Shown here piece after piece: positions 27,466 to 35,203 of a DNA stretch of 64,000 nt. Origin of the DNA: Synechococcus sp. UW140. Its GTDB lineage: Bacteria > Armatimonadota > Fimbriimonadia > Fimbriimonadales > Fimbriimonadaceae. The stretch spans positions 38,479 to 102,478 of the forward strand of contig CALRMU020000004.1 in assembly GCA_943369295.1 (NCBI GenBank), read 5' to 3'. A model generated the notes under the pieces. The model saw nothing but the letters and a program-made list of their open reading frames with translations. It ran no database searches and had not been told where the DNA came from. A program made the position numbers and the translations under genes. How positions within the stretch are numbered: position 1 is the stretch's first letter; the number at the start of each line of letters is the position of its first letter.

Positions 27466-28020
27466 ATGGCCACGAACGAAAGACTTCGAGAGTTGGAAAA
27501 GCAGTTCTACGATTTGGCTCAGGAGATCTTCGCTGAAAGAGCCAAGTACGAGCCGGAATCTGTCTTAGACTATTCCTTTCTCTCAGGTCAGGGCCCGGTC
27601 AAACTGAGTGAACTCTTTGGAGATAAGAACGAGCTCATTGTCAGCCACAACATGGGGGAATTCTGCAGTTACTGCACCATGTGGGCAGACTGCCTTGAAG
27701 GCAGCAGAAAGCATTTGGAAACTCGGTGTGCACTGGTGATGGTGACCAGCGACACTCCCGAGGTTTTTCAGCGCAATGCGGCAGAAAGGGGCTGGACTTA
27801 CAGAATTCTGCAGGATGAATCGAAGGAGTTCACTGCCGCTATGGGGTTCTGGAATGAGGAGCAAGGCTGGGGGCCAGGGGTTTCTACATTCAGGAAGAAC
27901 CCGGACGGGAGCATTTTAAGGACAGGCTGGACTGAATATGGCCCGGGCGATGCCTTCTGTCCACCCTGGCATTACTTCAGTCTGCTCGGAATCAGTGAGG
28001 ACGACTGGTCTCCAAAATAA
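27466..28020 (+). CDS. DUF899-family thioredoxin-like protein
   Basis: 184 aa. ...VKLSELFGDKNELIVSHNMGEFCSYCTMWADCLEG... matches the DUF899 CxxC/WAD pattern. Confidence 0.7.
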   Translation: MATNERLRELEKQFYDLAQEIFAERAKYEPESVLDYSFLSGQGPVKLSELFGDKNELIVSHNMGEFCSYCTMWADCLEGSRKHLETRCALVMVTSDTPEVFQRNAAERGWTYRILQDESKEFTAAMGFWNEEQGWGPGVSTFRKNPDGSILRTGWTEYGPGDAFCPPWHYFSLLGISEDDWSPK

Positions 28021-28116
28021 CCATTGTTGCAATAAGAAGCCCCTGCTTTGAAGTGGCCGGAACAGCTACGAAGTTTTGTTGCCTTCGTTAGCAGATTCCA
28101 GCTAGAATAGGCCTTC

Positions 28117-29655
28117 ATGCAGATGCGAACAGCGCTCGGAAGCCTTAGCCTTGTCGGTTTGGCCTTCCTTGCATCCTCCTCAATGGCTCAGGGGCAGCCA
28201 GATGTTATTGCCCGAATTATCAAGGAAGGAAAGGAGAAATCTCAGGCCTTCAAGACGATCAGCGACCTTGGCACTCAGGTCGGAGCGAGGGTGACTGGCT
28301 CGAAAGCGCTTGATAAAGGAATCGATTGGGCAATTGATCGCTTTAAGAAGGCTGGAGTTGATAAAGTTTGGAAAGAACAGTGGGGATCAATCCCAGAAAC
28401 CTTTGATCGAGGTCCAAACAACTCTGTCCGCATGATCTCTTCTTACAACAGAGACTTTGTCTTTTCCACCCCATGCTGGACATACGGAACCAAAGGGAAA
28501 GTCACTGGAAACCTCGTTAAAATTCCTACAACAATGGAGGAGTTTGAAAAGGTTAAAGGCAGTCTAAAGGGCGCCTTTGTTTTGATGCCAGCCAATATGG
28601 GAATGCGCGGCCCCAACTGGGCCAACCGATCTGATATTGACAAGGCTCTTGATAGTGCAGGCATTGCTGGCCGCGTTTACAGCACTGGCAGAGAACTCGT
28701 TTGGACTCATGGCAGCTGGCTGACTTGGACCGAAGAAACTCGACCCAAAACCCCACTTATCATGGTTCGACAGAGCGATTTCGATGCCGCTGTTTATAAC
28801 ATTGATAAGGGCAGGAATCCTAAGCTCGAAGCCCAAGTTGACAACCGCATTGAAAAGAAGCCCATGCCGGTTTACAACGTGATTGCTGAGATTAAGGGCA
28901 CAGAAAGACCGGATGAGATTGTCATTATCTGCGGCCACTTCGATTCTTGGAACGGTCCTGGCAGCCAGGGCGCAAGCGACAACGGAACCGGTACGACAGC
29001 CACCCTAGAAGCAGCCAGAATTTTGGCCGCGAGCAAGGTGAAGCCGAGGCGAACCATCCGCTTTATCTTGTGGACGGGTGAAGAACAGGGTCTGCTGGGT
29101 TCACGCGCTTACTGCGAGACTCACAAGGATGAAATGGCAAAAATTTCTGCTGTTCTTAACGAAGATTCTGGCCAGAACCCCCACGCCGCCATTCTTGGAC
29201 TTCCCCAGATGATGGAAGTTTTGAACGACGCTGTGGCCCCCATGAAGACGGCCTTCCCTGATTTTCCTGTGGAGGCAAGGGAAGTAGAGCGCCTTCCTCG
29301 CGGTGGCAGCGACCATGCTTCCTTCTTGGCTAAGGGAGTGCCCGCTTTCTTCCTGCAGAAAAAGTCGATCAAGGATTACGGCTTTGTGTGGCACACCCAG
29401 CACGACAGGGTTGACCAGGTTGAGGATTTGTGGCTGAGGCAGATGTCGACCAACCTTTCTGTATTGGCCTACAACCTGGCTCAGGCTCCTGAAATGCTGC
29501 CTAGAGTCCCCATGTCGGCCACCACCTACGATCCTCACAATCTTGGTGGAGCTATCGCTCCTCACGAGATGGAGAGTGAGATTCACACCTGCGGCTGCAG
29601 CATCAACTTTGAGTTGAAGCATGTCGTGCACAAGATCCGGCTGCGGACTCGTTAA
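28117..29655 (+). CDS. M28-family metallo-aminopeptidase (secreted)
   Basis: 512 aa with a signal peptide. GHFDSWNGPGSQGASDNGTGTTATLEAARIL...WTGEEQGLLGS are metal-ligand motifs of M28 peptidases. Confidence 0.8.
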   Translation: MQMRTALGSLSLVGLAFLASSSMAQGQPDVIARIIKEGKEKSQAFKTISDLGTQVGARVTGSKALDKGIDWAIDRFKKAGVDKVWKEQWGSIPETFDRGPNNSVRMISSYNRDFVFSTPCWTYGTKGKVTGNLVKIPTTMEEFEKVKGSLKGAFVLMPANMGMRGPNWANRSDIDKALDSAGIAGRVYSTGRELVWTHGSWLTWTEETRPKTPLIMVRQSDFDAAVYNIDKGRNPKLEAQVDNRIEKKPMPVYNVIAEIKGTERPDEIVIICGHFDSWNGPGSQGASDNGTGTTATLEAARILAASKVKPRRTIRFILWTGEEQGLLGSRAYCETHKDEMAKISAVLNEDSGQNPHAAILGLPQMMEVLNDAVAPMKTAFPDFPVEAREVERLPRGGSDHASFLAKGVPAFFLQKKSIKDYGFVWHTQHDRVDQVEDLWLRQMSTNLSVLAYNLAQAPEMLPRVPMSATTYDPHNLGGAIAPHEMESEIHTCGCSINFELKHVVHKIRLRTR

Positions 29656-29678
29656 GGGTTAGCAGTCTGACTGAACGA

Positions 29679-29713
29679 GACGGTCGCTCTTGAAGAGAGC
29701 GGCCGTCTTTTTG
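29679..29713 (+). terminator. rho-independent terminator
   Basis: GACGGTCGCTCT-tgaag-AGAGCGGCCGTC followed by tttttgtt. Confidence 0.8.
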
Positions 29714-29812
29714 TTCTGTCAAAGTACCAAAACCCGGTTTTCGACCGAGCCATAGGCGAAGGGGCGAATCTCGCCCCAGAGGTCACGGGGAGGTTCCGAA
29801 GAAGAAAGTGAA

Positions 29813-30847
29813 TCACTTCTCGGTCGGAAAGGGGTTTCGGCTAAACCCAAACTGATGCCAATAGGGGTAAGCCTTGGGGGCCTCGCTCGCCTTGTCAAGT
29901 CTGGCGATCTGGTCCGAAGTCAGGCTCCAGCCGACCGCCCCAAGGTTCTGCATCAACTGAGTTTCGTTTCGGGCCCCAATGATCAGGGTTGCAACAGTCG
30001 GCCTCTGCAGAAGCCAGTTGAGGGCCACCTGGGTGATGGTCTTCTCGGTTTCCTTTGCAATCTCGTCCAGCACATCCACGACATTGAAAAGCAGCTCATC
30101 CGGAACCTCGGGGCCGCCGCTCATAGAAACGGGGTTGTTGATCCGGCTGTTTTCAGGCAGAGGCTGGCCACGGCGAATCTTGCCCGTCAGCCGTCCCCAA
30201 CCCAGAGGACTCCATACAACTGTGCCGACCTTCTGATCATCGGCAAGGGGCATCAGCTCCCATTCGTAATCGCGGCCGACCAGTGAGTAGTAGGCTTGGT
30301 GGGCGACATAGGGGGTGAGGTTGTGCTGCTTTTGGTAGGCAAGCGACTTCATCAAATGCCATCCGCTGAAGTTGCTGACCCCCAGGTAGCGAATCTTGCC
30401 CTGCTTGACCAGGAGGTCCAGAGTGTTGACCGTCTCTTCGATTGGGGTCATGGCATCAAAGCTGTGAAGCTGAAAGAGGTCGATGTAGTCTGTTCCAAGA
30501 CGCTTGAGGCTGCCTTCAACGGCATTAATCAAATGAAAGCGGGATGAACCTACTTCGTTGGGGCCAGAACCGAAGGTGAAAGTCGCCTTGGTCGAGATGA
30601 GAACCTTGTTTCTCCGCCCCTTTATGGCTGCACCCAAAATCTCTTCGGCAGCCCCGGCGCTGTAAACGTCGGCCGAATCGAACATGGTGACTCCGTGGTC
30701 GAGGCAGATATCCACCAGACGTGTTGCCTGCTCAACATCTGTGCTGCCGAAGCCTTCAAAAAAGGCTCCCTTGCCTCCAAAGGTTCCTGTTCCCATGCTG
30801 AGGGCCGGCACCTTCAGTCCGCTTCCACCGAGGAGTCTGTATTCCAT
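29813..30847 (-). CDS. aldo/keto reductase
   Basis: 344 aa. MEYRLLGGSGLKVPALSMGTGTFGG...FDSADVYSAG.AEEILG...DYIDLFQLHSFD...GKIRYLGVSNF are canonical AKR motifs. Confidence 0.9.
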   Translation of the reverse strand: MEYRLLGGSGLKVPALSMGTGTFGGKGAFFEGFGSTDVEQATRLVDICLDHGVTMFDSADVYSAGAAEEILGAAIKGRRNKVLISTKATFTFGSGPNEVGSSRFHLINAVEGSLKRLGTDYIDLFQLHSFDAMTPIEETVNTLDLLVKQGKIRYLGVSNFSGWHLMKSLAYQKQHNLTPYVAHQAYYSLVGRDYEWELMPLADDQKVGTVVWSPLGWGRLTGKIRRGQPLPENSRINNPVSMSGGPEVPDELLFNVVDVLDEIAKETEKTITQVALNWLLQRPTVATLIIGARNETQLMQNLGAVGWSLTSDQIARLDKASEAPKAYPYWHQFGFSRNPFPTEK

Positions 30848-30917
30848 GCCTCCAGTCTACGCTTCAGAAAAAGAACTCGGGGCCAATTGAATGACTGCGT
30901 TGAGAGAAAGTTCTTTC

Positions 30918-30945
30918 TTGCAATTGCCTACTATTCATCTATAAT
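30918..30945 (+). promoter_or_regulatory. putative sigma70 promoter upstream of pseudopilin-like genes
   Basis: TTGCAA-16 nt-TATAAT. The -10 element ends only 12 nt before ATG 30958, so the leader would be very short. This lowers confidence. Confidence 0.35.
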
Positions 30946-30957
30946 ATGATTAGGTAA

Positions 30958-31575
30958 ATGACGGTCAAGGGGTTCAGTCTGATAGAGCTGCTGGTGGTAA
31001 TGGCGATAATAGCTGTTCTTTCAGGGATTGTTTTTGCTGTCACAAGCAAGGTCATGGCAAGGGCCAAATCCATGTCTTGCCTGAGCAATGTCAGCCAGAT
31101 AGGCGAGGCACTAAAGCTGTATGGAGAATCTTATGGTGATCGCCTGCCGCCCTATTCAACCAAAACAATTTGCGGTCTTCCTGATGGGCTTGTTTATGAA
31201 CCGGCAAATTTGAAATCTGTTTTGATGCCCTACCTTGGTACTGATAAGGTTTGCCATTGTCCTGCAGACCATCATGCAAGGTCTGCTGCTGATACAGGCT
31301 GTGGAGAAGACAACCTGCATTGGAGTTATGAGTACAGCATTCCTGTGTTCATGCTGAGGAAAAAGGAACAAGGCAGTCTTGATCTGGCTTGTGGTCAAGG
31401 GCCCTTTTTAGCGAGCACAGCTCCGCTTGAGGATAAGCACAAGACGATCGCTGGGCCCGCAGATACTCCTGCTCATGATGGCAAACAATGCACTGTTTAC
31501 TTCGACCTGCACTCCGCCTGTGTGACTATTCCAAAACAGTTGGAGCAACGAAAGATTGCTTTGAGCAAAGAGTAA
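30958..31575 (+). CDS. prepilin-type N-terminal cleavage/methylation domain protein (DUF1559-like pseudopilin)
   Basis: 205 aa. MTVKGFSLIELLVVMAIIAVLSGIVFAV is a class-III signal/methylation motif (G|FSLIELLVV). It is followed by the LSNVSQIGEALKLYGESYGDRLPPY block. Confidence 0.85.
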   Translation: MTVKGFSLIELLVVMAIIAVLSGIVFAVTSKVMARAKSMSCLSNVSQIGEALKLYGESYGDRLPPYSTKTICGLPDGLVYEPANLKSVLMPYLGTDKVCHCPADHHARSAADTGCGEDNLHWSYEYSIPVFMLRKKEQGSLDLACGQGPFLASTAPLEDKHKTIAGPADTPAHDGKQCTVYFDLHSACVTIPKQLEQRKIALSKE

Positions 31576-31577
31576 GA

Positions 31578-32213
31578 ATGAAGAAAACATCAGCCTTCAG
31601 TCTCACAGAACTCATGGTTGTCATAGCCATCATCATGATTCTGCTCGGCCTTGTGATGACCATAGCCAACAAGGTGCTGGCATCTGCCAGTGGAACAAAG
31701 TGCATGGCAAACCTAAGCCAAATAGGAAAGGCTCTTAAAGCCTACGCAGAGGACCATGACGACAGGATGCCACCCTTTGCCACGATCTATGGAATCGGAG
31801 TTCCAGACGGTGCTCCCCTGCCAGCAGAGGGGCAGCTGAAGTCAGCCCTTCTGCCCTACACAAAGTCAGGCGAAATCTTCTACTGTCCGGATGATCCAGC
31901 GAAGAAATCTGGTGTGGCAGATCGGTACGGAAACTCCTCTCTACACACAAGCTACAAATGGGGAATAGAGGCTGAACAGATCACCAAGAAGACATCAAAG
32001 CATTTCGATCTCGCTTTCTCATACAGCAGCCAGCCTAGCCTCGATCGACTCTTTTCGGATCGTTACCACGTTGTCAGCCGGAATGAAGACTGGCTTCCTC
32101 ATGGAGATCACGAGTGCAGTGTCTTTTTTGATCTTCATGGAAAGTGTTTTTCAAGGGCCCAAGCCATTCAGCATTTGGAGATGGCCGCGAGGAACAGAAG
32201 AGAAAATCCTTAA
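31578..32213 (+). CDS. prepilin-type N-terminal cleavage/methylation domain protein (DUF1559-like pseudopilin), paralog
   Basis: ATG 31578 within track ORF 31488..32213. MKKTSAFSLTELMVVIAIIMILLGLV..., then MANLSQIGKALKAYAEDHDDRMPPF. It starts 2 nt after the previous gene's stop. Confidence 0.85.
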   Translation: MKKTSAFSLTELMVVIAIIMILLGLVMTIANKVLASASGTKCMANLSQIGKALKAYAEDHDDRMPPFATIYGIGVPDGAPLPAEGQLKSALLPYTKSGEIFYCPDDPAKKSGVADRYGNSSLHTSYKWGIEAEQITKKTSKHFDLAFSYSSQPSLDRLFSDRYHVVSRNEDWLPHGDHECSVFFDLHGKCFSRAQAIQHLEMAARNRRENP

Positions 32214-32271
32214 AGCAGCTTTCGTATCCAGGGCCGCAACAGCCGGGTTCGTCAGCCGCAATCCCCCTCTG

Positions 32272-32309
32272 AACAAAAATCGGGCTTCCCTCAAACAGGG
32301 AAGCCCGAT
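32272..32309 (-). terminator. rho-independent terminator downstream of the tRNA
   Basis: Minus strand reads ATCGGGCTTCCC-tgtttga-GGGAAGCCCGAT followed by ttttgtt: a 12-bp perfect stem, 18 nt after the tRNA 3' end. It may also stop the convergent pseudopilin transcript. Confidence 0.8.
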
Positions 32310-32327
32310 TCTATTCACCACAAACTT

Positions 32328-32403
32328 TGGCGCGCTCGAGAGGATTCGAACCTCCGACCCCCAGCTCCGCAAGCTGGTGCTCTATCCGCTGAGCTACGAG
32401 CGC
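32328..32403 (-). tRNA. tRNA-Arg, anticodon GCG (CCA encoded)
   Basis: Manual cloverleaf on the minus strand. Acceptor GCGCTCG/CGAGCGC; D arm GCTC-AGCGGATA-GAGC (A20 present); anticodon arm CCAGC-TTGCGGA-GCTGG. Variable loop GGGTC; T arm GGAGG-TTCGAAT-CCTCT; discriminator G; CCA; 76 nt in total. Confidence 0.85.
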
Positions 32404-32692
32404 ACAGCCCCACTAATGTACCTCAGCCTCCCAGCCCTCCTCGTGAAGTGGTCCCTAGGCGGCCCATTATCAGAGAGCAAGTGGGGCGACCAGAAGCAGG
32501 TTTTCCACACAGCAATCTAACTTACAGCAATCAGACTGATGGTAAACCGACGGTCAGCAAACCCACGATCAGCAGCCTTGCCAGAAAGCAGCGGCCCCCG
32601 TATAGAAGCGGGTCACGAAGCGGCTCCAGTCTGCCGTTCTCATGTGTAGAGGTTCTCGAGGAGGTGCGAAATGCCCCTTCTCTCAGCGAGGT

Positions 32693-32818
32693 ATGTTTAT
32701 TCCCCTTGTTGTTTCGGCAGTCGGCTTGGTCGCCGCCGTCGGAGCTTGGTTATTGACTAAAGAGGCGCTCAGAAAGCTGGATCGGCCTGAGCTCCAGGAT
32801 CTTTCTGATCCTCCCTAG
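32693..32818 (+). CDS. possible small single-TM protein (41 aa; alternative start 32642 gives 58 aa)
   Basis: Below the ORF-track size cutoff. MFIPLVVSAVGLVAAVGAWLLTKEALRKLDRPELQDLSDPP is followed 30 nt later by a good terminator. The SD is poorly spaced (gaggtATG). Confidence 0.3.
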   Translation: MFIPLVVSAVGLVAAVGAWLLTKEALRKLDRPELQDLSDPP

Positions 32819-32848
32819 GTTTTTCTCCATCCGACCCATCCATCCCAA

Positions 32849-32880
32849 GCCCCTCACCTCGGTGGGGGGCTTTTCATTTT
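32849..32880 (+). terminator. rho-independent terminator
   Basis: GCCCCTCAC-ctcg-GTGGGGGGC (9-bp stem including one G.U pair) followed by ttttcatttt. Confidence 0.7.
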
Positions 32881-33324
32881 GCCTGCACGGGCACTGGAGT
32901 GGGACGATGTCACCACTCGCCGTTTGAACTCAAAACCCATTGCCTGAAAAATGGGATTCAGTTACCACCGGTCGGGTACAACTTTTGGTCTGGCAAGGGG
33001 CTCAGCTTGAAATGTTTGGGAATCAGCCACCACTAAGGACTGAACAGTCGATTCTTGTCACCCAGGCCCAGACCCTTCCGCCTAGCAGGGTGAGTTTTGA
33101 GTTCACTTTTTATGTAGACAAGCAAGTAGAAAAACGGAAAATGATTCTGCTATTACATAAGAAAATGTGGAAAACTCAGACTTTTTTGAGGTTTGTGGTG
33201 ACTGAAAGGTTGATTAGTAGTAAATGGTTGGTGCTAAGATGGACGTGCGGTGGAGAGAAGAAAAGGACGACTTCTTCCGCGCGCCTAGGAACCTCACACA
33301 CACAGTCTCGGGTCCCCGCCATGG

Positions 33325-33897
33325 ATGGCAGGGACCGAGGATCCTAAGGCCGCCTTCCGCGAGGGCCAAGTGTCGAGCAGTTTACAAATCCAAAATATTG
33401 CTCGATCAGTCGATGAACTAGCCGTCGATGATAAAGGCCGCGTCATGGTCCCGCAAAGCCGCCAATTTCTTCTTGGACCAGCCTTTCAAATTTTCCGCGA
33501 TCCTCGCGGCTGTCTCCTGCTTATGGAGAACAGCAAATACACACAGTTTGTCGAAAAGATTATCGGCGACCAGTTCGATCCCCTTGGCCTGGTTTCTCCC
33601 GAACTCTCTGTACTTCAGGATTACGTTTTATCTGAAGCTGTCGATGGCAAGATCGATCCTCAAAACCGAATGGTCGTCCCCCTTCGGCTGCGCTCTTGGG
33701 CGCATATCAAAGAGAAGATCTATCTCCGCGGCAAGGGCCACGTGGTTGAACTCTGGTCTAAAGAGGTCTACGATGCCTACGCCAAGATGTCCGACGAGCA
33801 GCGCTTGACGGATGACGTGGTCAAGTACACAGCAGCCATTAAGGAACTCTTCGCCAAGCCGGTCCAGCTCCACCTTGCAGGAGGCGGTTCTGAATGA
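33325..33897 (+). CDS. mraZ: transcriptional regulator MraZ
   Basis: Two SpoVT/AbrB-like halves (DDKGRVMVPQSRQF...; DPQNRMVVPLRLRSW...), first gene of the dcw cluster. The N-terminus is longer than usual. GTG 33370 (preceded by gaggg) is an alternative start. Confidence 0.8.
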   Translation: MAGTEDPKAAFREGQVSSSLQIQNIARSVDELAVDDKGRVMVPQSRQFLLGPAFQIFRDPRGCLLLMENSKYTQFVEKIIGDQFDPLGLVSPELSVLQDYVLSEAVDGKIDPQNRMVVPLRLRSWAHIKEKIYLRGKGHVVELWSKEVYDAYAKMSDEQRLTDDVVKYTAAIKELFAKPVQLHLAGGGSE

Positions 33898-34793
33898 CCC
33901 TCGCCCCAGAGCATGTCCCTGTAATGCTCAAAGAGGTGATGGATATTCTTCCCCTGAAGCCAGGGGGGGTCTATATGGATGGCACCCTGGGCTTGGCTGG
34001 CCACGCACTGGCCGCCGCTGAAAAGGTGCGCCCCGGCGGAAAGATCATCGGCTTTGATTGGGATGCCTCCCTCTTGGCTCGAGCCCAGGTTAGACTCGCC
34101 GAGCTTAAGGGTGTCGAAACTCTGTTCTATCACGATGATTTTCGATCTGCCCCTGAGTGGCTTCGAGATTCTGTCCAGGTCAATGGCATGCTCCTAGACC
34201 TGGGAGTCAACAACGCTCACTTTGAACTGGCCGAGCGAGGCTTCAGCTACCGTTTCGATGGCCCATTGAATATGCGCATGGATAGGAGCAAGGGCGAAAC
34301 CGCCTCTTCTTATCTCAACCGCGCCACGGTCACCGACATCGAAAAGACTTTATGGACTTATGGTGATGAAAGGTGGGCGAGAAGAATCGCTCAGGTCATC
34401 GTCGATCGCCGTCCCCTTCACACCACTCAAGATCTTGTGGACTGCGTACATGCCGCTGTTCCACCGGCAATGAGAGATAAGAACATTCACCCGGCCAGCC
34501 GCACTTTTCAGGCGATCCGCGTGAAGATCAACGCCGAGCTGGATGAGCTTGAGGAGACGATGGTCGAACTCGCCGGACTCCTTGCTCCTGGCGGAGTCCT
34601 GGCGGTTCTTAGCTACCACAGCGGCGAAGATCGGGCCGCAAAAGCGGCTTTTCGTTCGCTCGCCCAGGAGCCTCACTACACAGAACTTTACCGCAAACCC
34701 CTGCTTCCTTCGCCTGAAGAAGTTGAAGCAAACCCCAAGGCGAGAAGCGCGAAACTGCGCGCGATTCGCCGAAACCCGGAGACCTTATCATGA
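33894..34793 (+). CDS. rsmH: 16S rRNA (cytosine1402-N4)-methyltransferase
   Basis: 299 aa; ATGA overlap with mraZ. HVPVMLKEVMD...YMDGTLGLAGH...DLGVNNAHFE..RGFSYRFDGPLNMRMD...FQAIRVKINAELDEL are canonical MraW/RsmH motifs. Confidence 0.92.
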   Translation: MTLAPEHVPVMLKEVMDILPLKPGGVYMDGTLGLAGHALAAAEKVRPGGKIIGFDWDASLLARAQVRLAELKGVETLFYHDDFRSAPEWLRDSVQVNGMLLDLGVNNAHFELAERGFSYRFDGPLNMRMDRSKGETASSYLNRATVTDIEKTLWTYGDERWARRIAQVIVDRRPLHTTQDLVDCVHAAVPPAMRDKNIHPASRTFQAIRVKINAELDELEETMVELAGLLAPGGVLAVLSYHSGEDRAAKAAFRSLAQEPHYTELYRKPLLPSPEEVEANPKARSAKLRAIRRNPETLS

Positions 34794-35203
34794 GCCGCAG
34801 TCGAAGACCAGCCCGTCGCACCCCCAGCCGCCGCCCTCAGAGGCGCAAGGCAGTCAAGCGTCAGGAGACTTCTGGCGCGATGATTCTCTCTGTGGGAGTC
34901 GTCTGTCTCATCTTCTTCGTCCTCGGATATGTCGGAAGCACTTTGGCTGCAGGAATGTCGCGCCAGAAAGCTAACGAAGAACTGGCCTGGCTGACCAATA
35001 TGAGCCAGGATGTGAGAGGAGATTTAAGCCGCCAAGTTGCACGCAGTGCCGAGTTTCTTGTCGTTGGCCAAAGAATGGGCGAAACCATTGATAAGGGCGA
35101 CGAGGATACTGAGCTCTACGTCTCCAATTTAGGGGCCGAAGCCGAACAGGATGTTCAGGCACAAAACATTGGGGAACAGGCCGATGCCGTCACGGAAGAT
35201 TGA
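34790..35203 (+). CDS. ftsL: cell division protein FtsL-like (bitopic membrane protein)
   Basis: 137 aa; ATGA overlap with rsmH. It has a basic N-terminus, a single TM helix (MILSVGVVCLIFFVLGYVG), then a coiled-coil-like segment. The call rests on position between rsmH and ftsI and on topology. Confidence 0.6.
   Translation: MSRSRRPARRTPSRRPQRRKAVKRQETSGAMILSVGVVCLIFFVLGYVGSTLAAGMSRQKANEELAWLTNMSQDVRGDLSRQVARSAEFLVVGQRMGETIDKGDEDTELYVSNLGAEAEQDVQAQNIGEQADAVTED

Noticed and set aside
29813-32403. Genomic island integrated at the tRNA-Arg 3' end (pseudopilins, AKR)
   Set aside because: I found no integrase or recombinase, no visible direct repeat of the tRNA 3' end, and no obvious compositional break by eye. 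The neighbouring genes are ordinary chromosomal types.
32448-32756. Track ORF 32448..32756 (102 aa) in the tRNA-mraZ gap
   Set aside because: The translation is Ser/Pro/Arg-rich and low-complexity, with no SD. It overlaps the more plausible small TM ORF in another frame.
33150-33265. Possible MraZ operator repeats (TGTGG / GGTGG motifs: atgtggaaaa, ttgtggtgac, ggttggtgct, gcggtggaga) upstream of mraZ
   Set aside because: The motifs are short and irregularly spaced, not the ~10-bp phased direct repeats known from characterised MraZ operators. I cannot distinguish them from chance without comparative data.
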